DNA from: Bdellovibrionales bacterium
GTDB lineage: Bacteria > Bdellovibrionota > Bdellovibrionia > Bdellovibrionales > JAGQZY01
Assembly (NCBI GenBank): GCA_031426555.1
Contig: JANPLN010000053.1
Coordinates: 1 to 14,852 of the forward strand
DNA: 14,852 bases
Reading direction: 5' to 3'
Shown here: piece by piece, positions 1-8,243 of the stretch
Numbering within the stretch: position 1 is the stretch's first letter
How the letters are laid out: every line of letters begins with the position of its first letter
The notes under the pieces: generated by a model
Seen by the model: the letters and a program-made list of their open reading frames with translations, nothing else
Told to the model about the DNA's origin: nothing
Database searches by the model: none
Translations under genes and position numbers: made by a program

Positions 1-217
1 CAACCGTGGCGCCAATGGCAACCGTTGTGCCTTGCTGGACTGTGATGGTTAGTACGCCTTCGTTCTCGGCAACCACTTCCACACTGGCTTTGTCGGTTTC
101 GAGTGTGAGTAAAACGTCGTTGCGTTTTACAAAGTCGCCCGATTTTTTTAACCAAGAGCCCACTGTGGCTTCGGTCACCGACTCACCAACAGCCGGAACT
201 TTAATCTCTATACTCAT
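1..217 (-). CDS. sucB: 2-oxoglutarate dehydrogenase E2 (dihydrolipoyl succinyltransferase), 5' part; runs off the window edge
   Basis: Not in the ORF track. Manual translation from ATG at 217 gives MSIEIKVPAVGESVTEATVGSWLKKSGDFVKRNDVLLTLETDKASVEV..., a lipoyl domain with the ETDKA lipoyl-lysine motif. GAGGAA SD overlaps the sucA stop; directly downstream of sucA. Confidence 0.95.
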   Translation of the reverse strand, partial: MSIEIKVPAVGESVTEATVGSWLKKSGDFVKRNDVLLTLETDKASVEVVAENEGVLTITVQQGTTVAIGATV

Positions 218-224
218 ATCTTCC

Positions 225-2933
225 TCACTTTTTAAAACAATCTTTCCAAATTTGTTGCTGCTCTTGAACATGCCGCTTGGTTGTTCCGGTGGCGGGCGAC
301 GCACGATGATCGCGTCCGACATACTGCACGTCGCACTCAATGCCCATGTCCACTAATAAATCTTCTAACGGATGCACGATGCTCATCCAGGCACCCATGT
401 TCTTGGGCTCTTCTTGGGCCCATACGACGGATTCCATTTTTTTGGCGCTTTTCAAAAGAGCTTTCAGTTGAGTCTCTGGAAAAGGATACAACTGCTCTAC
501 GCGCACAATCGCCGTATCTGTCACTTTGTTTTTTTCGCGATAGTCGGCAAGTTCGAAATACAACTTACCCGATACGAAAATACATCTTTTGGCTTTTGCC
601 ATTTCCACGACCGTATCGGCAATCACCTCTTGAAAAGTACCCTTCGTTAAGTCATCCACAGTGGAAACAGCTTGTGGATGGCGAAGCAACGACTTTGGCG
701 ACATTACAATCAATGGAAGGCGAAATTCGCGTTTGATCTGTCGACGGAGCGCATGGAAAATTTGCGCAGGCGTTGTAAGATTGCAAACCTGCATGTTGTT
801 TTGCGCACAGAGCTGTAAAAATCTCTCCAGGCGTGCGCTGGAGTGCTCTGGACCTTGTCCTTCGTAGCCATGGGGCAAAAGCATCACTAGGCCACTCATG
901 CGCATCCATTTTTGCTCGGCGCTGGATAAAAATTGATCGATAATTATTTGCGCACCATTTGCAAAATCACCAAACTGCGCTTCCCAGATCGTTAAAAAGG
1001 TGGGATCGGAGCTGGAGTTTCCGTACTCAAAGCCAAGCACGGCCATTTCGGAAAGCGAGCTATTATAAACACAGAATTCTTTGTCTTCGCGAAGCTGTTC
1101 CAGCGGATTGTAAACCTCGCCGGTCATAAAATCATAGTAGCAAGAATGACGATGGGAAAAGGTTCCTCGCACACAGTCCTGCCCCGAAAGGCGAACAGAA
1201 TTCCCCTCGAGGATGGTGGAACCGTAGGCCAACAACTCCGCCATCCCCCAGTCGATGGGAGTTTCGCCGCTGCCCATTTGCTTGCGCGTTTCTAAAAGTT
1301 TTGTGAGCTTAGGATGCAAACGGAAGTCTTTTGGCAGGGTGGTCATTTGCTCGGTGATTTTTTTAATATTTGTAGCTGAGGTTTTCGTTTCGGTGGATTT
1401 TGTAAAATCCTTGGCTTCAGACCGGCGAAAGCCTTTCCACATTTTACCAAAAGCCTGCGGTAAAAACTTGTGTGGATTTTTTCGAACGTTCTCGAGCAGC
1501 GCTTGCAGGTTGTCCATTTTTTCCTGGTAGAAGCTATCGTAAAACGCCTGATCGATGGTTTTTTCCTGCACCAATTTTTTGCTGTAAATCTCGCACGGAG
1601 TGGAGTGCGTCTTGATCGTTTGATACATGGCGGGTTGTGTGTAGCTTGGCTCATCGCCCTCGTTATGGCCGTAGCGGCGATAACAAATCATGTTGATCAA
1701 AACGTCGCGCTTAAACTGCTGGCGGAAGCGAATGGAGATATCCATAGCACGAACGCAGGCCTCGGGGTCATCGCCGTTCACGTGGATCACTGGCACTTGT
1801 TGCGACTTCGCAACATCCGACGAGTACGGCGAACTGCGCGTGCACTCGGGGTCCGTGGTAAAACCCACTTGGTTGTCGATGATTATGTGAATCGAACCAC
1901 CAACGGTATAGCCCTTGAGGTTGGCAAGCTGTAGGGTTTCAGACACCACACCTTGGCCTGCAAAAGACGCGTCACCGTGGATCTGCACAGGGATCACCGT
2001 CTTGCGATCGATGGTGTCGTTGCGGAAACGTTGCTTCGCCCGCGCCATTCCGCAAACAACGGGATTCACGGCTTCGAGATGGCTTGGATTGAAAGCGAGA
2101 GAAACGTGACAATCTCCGTGCGGAGTTTTTTTGTCGGTGGAATATCCCATGTGGTATTTTACATCACCGTCGTAGTCCGGCATATCGGCAGTGATTCCCT
2201 CAAACTGAGCGAAAATCACCTCGAGAGCTTTATCCATGTAGTTGGCAAGCACGTTCACGCGTCCTCTGTGAGCCATACCCACGACGATTTCTTCGGCTTG
2301 CAGCTCACGAGCTTTCACGGTCAAATGCTCCAGCATCGGAATCAAAGAGTCCGCACCTTCGATGGAAAAGCGTTTAGCGCCTACAAAACGCGTGTGGATG
2401 AATTTTTCTAAACTTTCGGTGCGCACCAGCTGCTGGAGAATTTGCTTTTTCTTTTCTGCGGTCAACGAAAACGGATTCTTTTCCATCTCGTTGTGAAACC
2501 ACTCGCGCACGCCTTTGACAGCGTCTGACACTTGCACAGTGATGGTGCCGCAGTAGGCTTTTTGCAAATGTTGAATCACTTGTGCAAGAGTCGCGTTTTT
2601 TAAACCCAACAACGACGACACCGAAAACGAAGACGCTAAATCTTTATCGCCCAGTCCAAAATTTTGTAGGGATAGATCGCCAAAGCTTGGAGTTTGCATG
2701 GAGAGCGGATCGAGCTGCGCTTGGAAGTGCCCGTAATCGCGATAGGCTTGAATCAAGTTGTAAACGTTGAGTTCTTTGAGAGACAACCCACCACCTGAAG
2801 TGGTTGCGAAATCCACGCCCGAAAAAAAATCGCGCCATCTCGGTTCCACCGACTGCGGATCGCTTTTGTACATGGTGTATAACGATTCGATGTACTGTAA
2901 ATTTTCTGAACTCAATGATTGCGATGATGACAT
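225..2933 (-). CDS. sucA: 2-oxoglutarate dehydrogenase E1 component
   Basis: 902 aa with KRFSIEG, GMAHRGRVN, GDVKYHMG, NPSHLEAV, ThDP-binding HGDASFAGQG, WEAQFGDFANGAQ and LPHGYEGQGPEHSSARLERFLQ motifs. GAGG SD at 2944-2941. Confidence 0.98.
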   Translation of the reverse strand: MSSSQSLSSENLQYIESLYTMYKSDPQSVEPRWRDFFSGVDFATTSGGGLSLKELNVYNLIQAYRDYGHFQAQLDPLSMQTPSFGDLSLQNFGLGDKDLASSFSVSSLLGLKNATLAQVIQHLQKAYCGTITVQVSDAVKGVREWFHNEMEKNPFSLTAEKKKQILQQLVRTESLEKFIHTRFVGAKRFSIEGADSLIPMLEHLTVKARELQAEEIVVGMAHRGRVNVLANYMDKALEVIFAQFEGITADMPDYDGDVKYHMGYSTDKKTPHGDCHVSLAFNPSHLEAVNPVVCGMARAKQRFRNDTIDRKTVIPVQIHGDASFAGQGVVSETLQLANLKGYTVGGSIHIIIDNQVGFTTDPECTRSSPYSSDVAKSQQVPVIHVNGDDPEACVRAMDISIRFRQQFKRDVLINMICYRRYGHNEGDEPSYTQPAMYQTIKTHSTPCEIYSKKLVQEKTIDQAFYDSFYQEKMDNLQALLENVRKNPHKFLPQAFGKMWKGFRRSEAKDFTKSTETKTSATNIKKITEQMTTLPKDFRLHPKLTKLLETRKQMGSGETPIDWGMAELLAYGSTILEGNSVRLSGQDCVRGTFSHRHSCYYDFMTGEVYNPLEQLREDKEFCVYNSSLSEMAVLGFEYGNSSSDPTFLTIWEAQFGDFANGAQIIIDQFLSSAEQKWMRMSGLVMLLPHGYEGQGPEHSSARLERFLQLCAQNNMQVCNLTTPAQIFHALRRQIKREFRLPLIVMSPKSLLRHPQAVSTVDDLTKGTFQEVIADTVVEMAKAKRCIFVSGKLYFELADYREKNKVTDTAIVRVEQLYPFPETQLKALLKSAKKMESVVWAQEEPKNMGAWMSIVHPLEDLLVDMGIECDVQYVGRDHRASPATGTTKRHVQEQQQIWKDCFKK

Positions 2934-2954
2934 TCTTCTGCCTCACATTTAAGC

Positions 2955-2969
2955 ACTGACCAGGTCAGT
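2955..2969. promoter_or_regulatory. 7-1-7 palindrome ACTGACC-A-GGTCAGT, candidate operator upstream of sucA
   Basis: Perfect inverted repeat read directly from sequence, 21 nt upstream of the sucA ATG in the divergent intergenic region. Confidence 0.45.
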
Positions 2970-3059
2970 ATTTATCTCAGTAGTATTCCAATGAATGCTA
3001 GTACTAGTTATTACACCATCTTATGGGTTTATACCAAGCAACTCAAACGTAGGATTCGT

Positions 3060-3086
3060 TGCGACAATTTCTAGAATTTTGTCGCA
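3060..3086. promoter_or_regulatory. 8-11-8 inverted repeat TGCGACAA-N11-TTGTCGCA, candidate regulator site
   Basis: Perfect 8-bp arms at 3060-3067 and 3079-3086; the spacer contains a further palindrome TTCTAGAA. Lies just upstream of the putative lgt -35 box. Confidence 0.45.
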
Positions 3087-3090
3087 CAAC

Positions 3091-3120
3091 TTGTAATTAT
3101 TCCAAGGACACAAGCATAAT
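3091..3120 (+). promoter_or_regulatory. Putative sigma70 promoter of lgt (TTGTAA-18-CATAAT)
   Basis: -35-like TTGTAA at 3091-3096 and -10-like CATAAT at 3115-3120, ending 6 nt before the lgt ATG. Confidence 0.45.
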
Positions 3121-3126
3121 AAGACT

Positions 3127-4200
3127 ATGTCTAAAGTCTGGGTACACACTCTTGATCCGTTCCTTATCAAGATCACAGGAAATTTTGGAATTCGCTGGTA
3201 TTCTCTCGCCTATTTAACAGGCTTTGCCTGCGCTTTTTTGTTTATGAGCTGGCTTTCTAAGAAAAAGCGTACCAGCCTCACAATTGATCAGGCCTCCGAC
3301 TTCCTCACCTACCTGATTGTTGGGGTTTTGTTGGGCGGTCGTCTAGGCTATGTAGTTTTTTATAGTCCCGATCTGCTCACCGATTTTAGGTCCGAATTTC
3401 CTTTTTGGGGTGCCCTCGCTGTTTGGGAAGGCGGCATGGCCAGTCACGGTGGATTTATCGGCGTGATTTTGGCCTGTATTCTGTTTGCCAGAAAACACAA
3501 AATGGATCCGCTCCATCTGGGAGATCTCACCATTTTTGGCACCACCATGGGAATTTTTTTCGGCAGAATCGCCAACTTCGTCAATGGCGAACTCATGGGT
3601 CGCGTGGCAAGCCCCGATCTGCCGTGGGCTGTTAAATTTCCCCAAGATATTTATCGTTGGATCGGTTTTGAAACCGAAAAACTTTCGCGCTTGGCTCCAA
3701 CCATGAAAGAGATCGGCATCAATGAATCCGAATGGTTGCAGTGGGTGCAAAACCGCTCCGTGGGACGGATGTACGATGCCACCGATCGTCTTATTGTGGC
3801 CGTGCAAAATGGCCAGCAAAATGTGATCGACGCCGTCGGCTTAGTGCTCGAACCTCGCCATCCCTCCCAGCTCTACGCCGCGTTGGGAGAGGGTCTCATT
3901 CCCTTGATCATTCTTGCCATCGTTTGGCTTAAGCCGCGCAAACCGGGTTTGATTTGCTCGCTGTATCTTTTAATCTACAGTTGTTTCCGTGTGGTGGATG
4001 AAATGTTTCGTCTGCCCGATGCGCATCTTTCCGATCTCAGCAAACTTCCGTTGGGTCTCACTCGCGGGCAATTTCTTTCCATTTGGTTATTTTTGTTTGG
4101 AGTTGGGTTGATGATTTGGACTCAGCGCCGTAACGTTGCTGTCACTGGTGGAATTCTCGAGGGTGCGCCTCAAGCCACAACCAAAAAAAATAAAAAATAA
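3127..4200 (+). CDS. lgt: Prolipoprotein diacylglyceryl transferase
   Basis: IRWYSLAY, GGRLGYVVFY, WEGGMASHGG, Lgt signature GRIANFVNGELMGR, RHPSQLY, FRVVDEMFR and LTRGQFLS motifs; multiple TM segments. Confidence 0.97.
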   Translation: MSKVWVHTLDPFLIKITGNFGIRWYSLAYLTGFACAFLFMSWLSKKKRTSLTIDQASDFLTYLIVGVLLGGRLGYVVFYSPDLLTDFRSEFPFWGALAVWEGGMASHGGFIGVILACILFARKHKMDPLHLGDLTIFGTTMGIFFGRIANFVNGELMGRVASPDLPWAVKFPQDIYRWIGFETEKLSRLAPTMKEIGINESEWLQWVQNRSVGRMYDATDRLIVAVQNGQQNVIDAVGLVLEPRHPSQLYAALGEGLIPLIILAIVWLKPRKPGLICSLYLLIYSCFRVVDEMFRLPDAHLSDLSKLPLGLTRGQFLSIWLFLFGVGLMIWTQRRNVAVTGGILEGAPQATTKKNKK

Positions 4201-4243
4201 GAGGTCAACTAAGACCTCGACAGTCTACTCGTTTTTGCTAAGC

Positions 4244-4272
4244 TTGCCTTTCCTAGCTGAATTGCTTAGATT
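4244..4272 (+). promoter_or_regulatory. Putative internal sigma70 promoter (TTGCCT-17-TAGATT)
   Basis: Hexamers at 4244-4249 and 4267-4272 with 17-nt spacing, upstream of the GGAGGGG SD (4284-4290) of the 4293 CDS. Confidence 0.35.
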
Positions 4273-4292
4273 ATCTCCTTTTTGGAGGGGAT

Positions 4293-5579
4293 ATGTTTAC
4301 ACCCATGCGTCGACTACCAGCACTTTCTCAATACAAAAAGAACGATGTTCTCGTTCTTTTTGGTGAATTGTTTTCCCGCGGCTACGCTAACGGCATTGTC
4401 GAAGAAGCCGAACGCATCGGCATGAGCATCGTTCGCACCACTGTAGGCCGTCGCGACGGTACCGAACTTCGCGCGCTCAATGCCGAAGAGATTGCTGCCA
4501 TTCCAAAACCATTTATCAACGTGCCCTTGGAAGCCGGTTTCGATATGGAACCCGATGACGACGGAAAATCACCCTGTGATTATCTCAAGGGTTATAAAAT
4601 GGATGAGTGGGCGCAAATTAAACTCAAAGATTCCAGCATCGAACAATCCCGGTCTCGGGGCGAAGATCGTTTCGTGGAAAACGTTAAGACGTACCTCACG
4701 GAGCTGGAAAAACACATTGCGCCAAGTGCCAATGTTTTATTTGTGCACACCATGGCAGGCGGTGTTCCGCGCGCAAAAATTTTAATGCCGGTGATGAATA
4801 AAGTTTTTAAAGGCCGCGAAGAGCGTTTTATTTCCTCCGAAGATTTTTGGAACTCCGACCTTGGAAAACTCTGCGATATCAATTTTAAAGAAGTCACTGC
4901 CTACACGTTTAAACATCTCGTGGACCTTTCTTCGGATCTTAGGAAAAAAATTGAAAGCTCGGGCGGAAATGCCTCCTATGTTTGCTACGGCTACCATGGA
5001 ACGGACGTTCTCCATGGCGACGAAATCCACTGGCAGACCTATTCTCCCTATATCCAAGGCTGGGCAAAGATCGAACTTGAAAAACTCTGCGAAAAATATT
5101 TCTCCGAGGGATTAAAAACTTCTATTTTCAACTGTCCTGAGATTTTAACCAATTCCAGCAGTATTTTTCAGGGAGTGGAAGTTCCGCTGTACCCGTTCCT
5201 TGGCGCCCTGAGAAACAAAAATAATCCCGCCACCCAGAAAGCGGTGGACGACTGCCTGGCTCTTTTAAAACCCGAGCACACCATCGACGAAATCATGGAT
5301 TTTACCAATCGGTTTTTTAACAACCCGTTGATTCAATCGCACATGGCTTACGACAAGTGGCCGCAGCATAATTCCAAAGGACAAATGGAGCTGCTTTTGA
5401 ACTCGTCGGAGCATTTGATCAACATGCACAAGGATCCAAAAAATTTGATCACATTTGTATTGAGCGAAGAGATATTTAAAGCCACTGGAAAGATTATGTT
5501 ACACGAGGGTTTCAAACCGCGAAAACCTGTGCTGTGGCTGGGCCATGATGTTCTTTCCGAACAGCTCACAAAAGTGTAG
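4293..5579 (+). CDS. Enoyl-ACP reductase, FabMG family (probable)
   Basis: 428 aa with strong SD. N-terminal DVLVLFGELFSRGYANG..TVGRRD, PFINVPLEAGFD, HTMAGGVPRAK, YGYHGT, WQTYSPYIQGWAK and NCPEILTNSS blocks match my recollection of the FabMG family. Confidence 0.7.
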   Translation: MFTPMRRLPALSQYKKNDVLVLFGELFSRGYANGIVEEAERIGMSIVRTTVGRRDGTELRALNAEEIAAIPKPFINVPLEAGFDMEPDDDGKSPCDYLKGYKMDEWAQIKLKDSSIEQSRSRGEDRFVENVKTYLTELEKHIAPSANVLFVHTMAGGVPRAKILMPVMNKVFKGREERFISSEDFWNSDLGKLCDINFKEVTAYTFKHLVDLSSDLRKKIESSGGNASYVCYGYHGTDVLHGDEIHWQTYSPYIQGWAKIELEKLCEKYFSEGLKTSIFNCPEILTNSSSIFQGVEVPLYPFLGALRNKNNPATQKAVDDCLALLKPEHTIDEIMDFTNRFFNNPLIQSHMAYDKWPQHNSKGQMELLLNSSEHLINMHKDPKNLITFVLSEEIFKATGKIMLHEGFKPRKPVLWLGHDVLSEQLTKV

Positions 5580-5589
5580 TTGGGCGTAG

Positions 5590-6444
5590 ATGGAAAAAAC
5601 CAATCTTTTACCATCAATGGGACTCAAGTGGTCCAACAAAGATCACCACTTCGTGGGCTACTCCATAGCGGGCATCACCACATCCTTGGTTTATGAAAAT
5701 GCAGGACTGGTTTTTGATATCGGCCAAGGTGTCCCCTTTAATATACCTAAACAAAACTATTTCCTCACGCACGGCCATTCCGATCACGCTGGTGGCATCG
5801 CCTACGTGATGTCCCAACGCTCTCTTTGGAATCAACCACCGGCGCAGATTTACTGTCTTCCCCATTACATCGAAAATTTTGATAAGATTTTAAAAATCTG
5901 GCAAGAGATCGAAGGCTACGAGTTTAAATATCAACTCAACCCTCTGAGTCCCGGCGAATCGGTTTCCATCGGCAAAGAGTTCCGCGTGGAGCCCTTTGCC
6001 ACCATTCACCGCGTTCCCTCCCAGGGTTACACGGTTTTTAAAACCAAAAAGAAATTAAAAGCCGAGTTTATAAAAAAGCATCCCGCAGACTTACAAAAAC
6101 TTCGCGCTAGCGGCGTAGCCGTGGACGAATTCCACGATGAAGGCATCATGGCCTTTACCGGCGACACTCAAATTGAATTTTTAGAAAACTTCAAAACCCC
6201 AGTGAAGTTTTTATTTATGGAAACCACTTTCATCCACGATTTAAAACCCGTGGCTTCGGCCCGCCTGTGGGGCCACATTCATCTCGACGAGTGGATCCAT
6301 CGCATTGAACAAATCCCCGCCGAAAAAATCATCTTGATTCATCTCTCGGCTCGCTACACGACTCGTACGATTTTAGAAACTCTCGATAAAAAAATCCCTC
6401 CGCACCTTCGTGAAAAGATCGACCTCTTCCCCCGACCCTTCTAA
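5590..6444 (+). CDS. Metallo-beta-lactamase-fold nuclease, short-form RNase Z (tRNase Z)-like
   Basis: FDIG, THGHSDH (HxHxDH), HRVPSQGY, FTGDT, METTF, GHIH and LIHLSARY motifs. A short basic KKKLKAEF arm resembles TM-type tRNase Z. Alternative start ATG at 5617. Confidence 0.8.
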   Translation: MEKTNLLPSMGLKWSNKDHHFVGYSIAGITTSLVYENAGLVFDIGQGVPFNIPKQNYFLTHGHSDHAGGIAYVMSQRSLWNQPPAQIYCLPHYIENFDKILKIWQEIEGYEFKYQLNPLSPGESVSIGKEFRVEPFATIHRVPSQGYTVFKTKKKLKAEFIKKHPADLQKLRASGVAVDEFHDEGIMAFTGDTQIEFLENFKTPVKFLFMETTFIHDLKPVASARLWGHIHLDEWIHRIEQIPAEKIILIHLSARYTTRTILETLDKKIPPHLREKIDLFPRPF

Positions 6445-6472
6445 AAGTGTGTCCGTACCTTTACTAACCAGT

Positions 6473-7606
6473 TTACGTTTCGGGTACGAGCAACGAGGCC
6501 ATGAACCATAGTGCGATAGTGAAACACTGGGATGTCCATTCGACCGACCAGTGGATAGGATCGAGCATAAGGAACTGAATAAAAAACCATATCAACGTTA
6601 AAAATGTTGCCGACGCTTGGTAGTAGTACGAATTTAAACCACCTTCGATTTTGAAGTCGGTGGGACTTTTCAAAAAAGCTCCCATGGAAGCTGCGACAAA
6701 AACTCCTAGCCCCACGGGGTCGCCTGAAATATCCCACAATAGATTGAGCACTTTGAGTGCCAATAAAAATAACGGAGTGATGCAAACCATGATTAGGAAG
6801 CGATGGGATCCAAGTTTTTTTTCGGCGGCTTGAGCAAATAAAACAAAAAATACCGACGTCAAAATAAAGTGGAAAATGTTATAGCTTGAAAAAAAGTGCC
6901 AGCAAAACTGCGCTAATTGATAAAATATGCGACCCTTCAAAGCGTCAAAAGGATCACCGCCGATATTTATTAAGGACGCGAAAGAATTAATCAAGAAGCC
7001 CACAACACTCAGCGCGAGGAGTATCCAAGTGACGTTAGTTGTGTCCGGATGCGAAAGCAGAGATATTCTAAGGCGTTTGGCAGTGAAAGCTTGGTCATAC
7101 AAATTTCCACCAAGCCCATCCCCAAGGTGTTTGATTTTCTTATCAAACTCAACCTCTCTTTGGATGTTTCCCAGTTCTTTTTGAACGCCACTAATGTCGG
7201 GCGCAATTTCTTGGTGAAGTTTTAAAAGATCCACCAGTTGAATAAGCTGTGCTGACTTCAACCATTGGCCCAGGCATTTTGTGCAGCACTGTAGATGCAC
7301 CTTTTTAAAGGCACCCTGCACTTGCTCCACTAACGGTTGCTGGCAGCGTGGACAGTCTGAAATTTGATAGCGGTCGGACGCAGTTTGCAGGCCTTCGTCA
7401 GAGGTCAATTCACGAAGATCGTACTTTTTAATCGAATTCTTAAAAATCGTAAGTTCGTTTTTATCAAACCAAATTCCACCACACTGATCGCATTTGTCGA
7501 TCACGGCGGACACACAAAGATAGGCTGTCATTTTGCAATTGCAATCGGGACAAATGATTTTTTGATGCTGACGAATCGAAATAAGATTTGGAAAATTTTT
7601 ATTCAT
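6473..7606 (-). CDS. Two zf-TFIIB-type zinc ribbons fused to a rhomboid-like membrane domain (probably catalytically inactive)
   Basis: CPDC..IDKCDQCGGIWFDKNEL and CPRC..CTKCLGQWL zinc ribbons. Hydrophobic C-terminal half has rhomboid-like HFILTSVFFVLFAQAAEKKLGSHRF, but no GxSG and no TM6 His. Confidence 0.7.
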   Translation of the reverse strand: MNKNFPNLISIRQHQKIICPDCNCKMTAYLCVSAVIDKCDQCGGIWFDKNELTIFKNSIKKYDLRELTSDEGLQTASDRYQISDCPRCQQPLVEQVQGAFKKVHLQCCTKCLGQWLKSAQLIQLVDLLKLHQEIAPDISGVQKELGNIQREVEFDKKIKHLGDGLGGNLYDQAFTAKRLRISLLSHPDTTNVTWILLALSVVGFLINSFASLINIGGDPFDALKGRIFYQLAQFCWHFFSSYNIFHFILTSVFFVLFAQAAEKKLGSHRFLIMVCITPLFLLALKVLNLLWDISGDPVGLGVFVAASMGAFLKSPTDFKIEGGLNSYYYQASATFLTLIWFFIQFLMLDPIHWSVEWTSQCFTIALWFMASLLVPET

Positions 7607-7628
7607 AAATTCGAAATCCTAGCCGGCT

Positions 7629-8240
7629 CTATTTACAGGGATTGATTTTGTACGCAGGGATCGTCACCAATTTGGTTTGCACGATTTCGGGTTCGGCCAT
7701 GTCCGGCTTGATAAATAAAAAACCTGGGTTTTTCGATTTTTCCTGAGCCCGCAGATCGAGGCGCGATAAAATGCTATCCGCTTCCTCTTTAGTGCCAAAA
7801 AAACTATCGCTCGCAATGGCTCCAGCCACAGCGCCGATGGCTCCACCACCCCCGGGGCCGAGGGCTGCTTGTCTGGCAGTTACGGTATTTTCCTGGGCAC
7901 CCGAATTTAAACTAAAATCCGTTCGCACATAATAAACCTGCCGCGCCTTCGACGTAAATGGAAAGCTAGCCAATGTGTCGCCCAATCCACTTCTCAACCG
8001 CAGTTCGTGCTGTCCCGGAGAAGCCTCCAGCGAAAAATATCCACCGTTCGGAATCTCACCCACCACTTGTCTATCGAGGCACACGCAAGGGCTCCCGGCA
8101 GAGCCCGCAAATTTTTTAACTCGGTAAACATAAATCAGCGCCTTTTCTTTCGACGCCTTCTGAGGTTTGCTAAACGGCGGTCCCAAACTCGCACATGCCG
8201 ACAAAAGAAAACATGCAAATAAAGTACTTACAACTTTCAT
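7629..8240 (-). CDS. DUF2846-like lipoprotein
   Basis: Signal peptide with lipobox LSAC. ALIYVYR, GEIPNGGYFSLEASPGQHEL and VYYVR fit the DUF2846 pattern. Start is ATG at 8240 or GTG at 8243, abutting the upstream stop. Confidence 0.7.
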   Translation of the reverse strand: MKVVSTLFACFLLSACASLGPPFSKPQKASKEKALIYVYRVKKFAGSAGSPCVCLDRQVVGEIPNGGYFSLEASPGQHELRLRSGLGDTLASFPFTSKARQVYYVRTDFSLNSGAQENTVTARQAALGPGGGGAIGAVAGAIASDSFFGTKEEADSILSRLDLRAQEKSKNPGFLFIKPDMAEPEIVQTKLVTIPAYKINPCK

Positions 8241-8243
8241 CAC

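Noticed and set aside
6..356. 116-aa plus-strand ORF
   Set aside because: Antisense shadow of sucB/sucA; the minus-strand frame from 217 encodes a clear lipoyl domain.
281..2952. Many 60-154 aa ORFs overlapping sucA
   Set aside because: Antisense or alternate-frame shadows of a highly conserved gene, with no motifs. The same applies to the small ORFs inside the other long CDSs.
4183..4200. A-rich run at the lgt 3' end as a phase-variation tract
   Set aside because: It encodes a Lys-rich tail (KKNKK) just before the stop, so slippage would barely change the protein.
6445..6472. Expected terminator between the convergent RNase Z-like and rhomboid-like genes
   Set aside because: No convincing stem-loop in the 28-bp gap.
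6473..8243. Horizontally acquired island suggested by AT-richer stretches
   Set aside because: No integrase, tRNA, flanking direct repeats or IS ends seen. The composition may reflect Phe/Ile/Lys-rich membrane sequence, and I did not compute GC.
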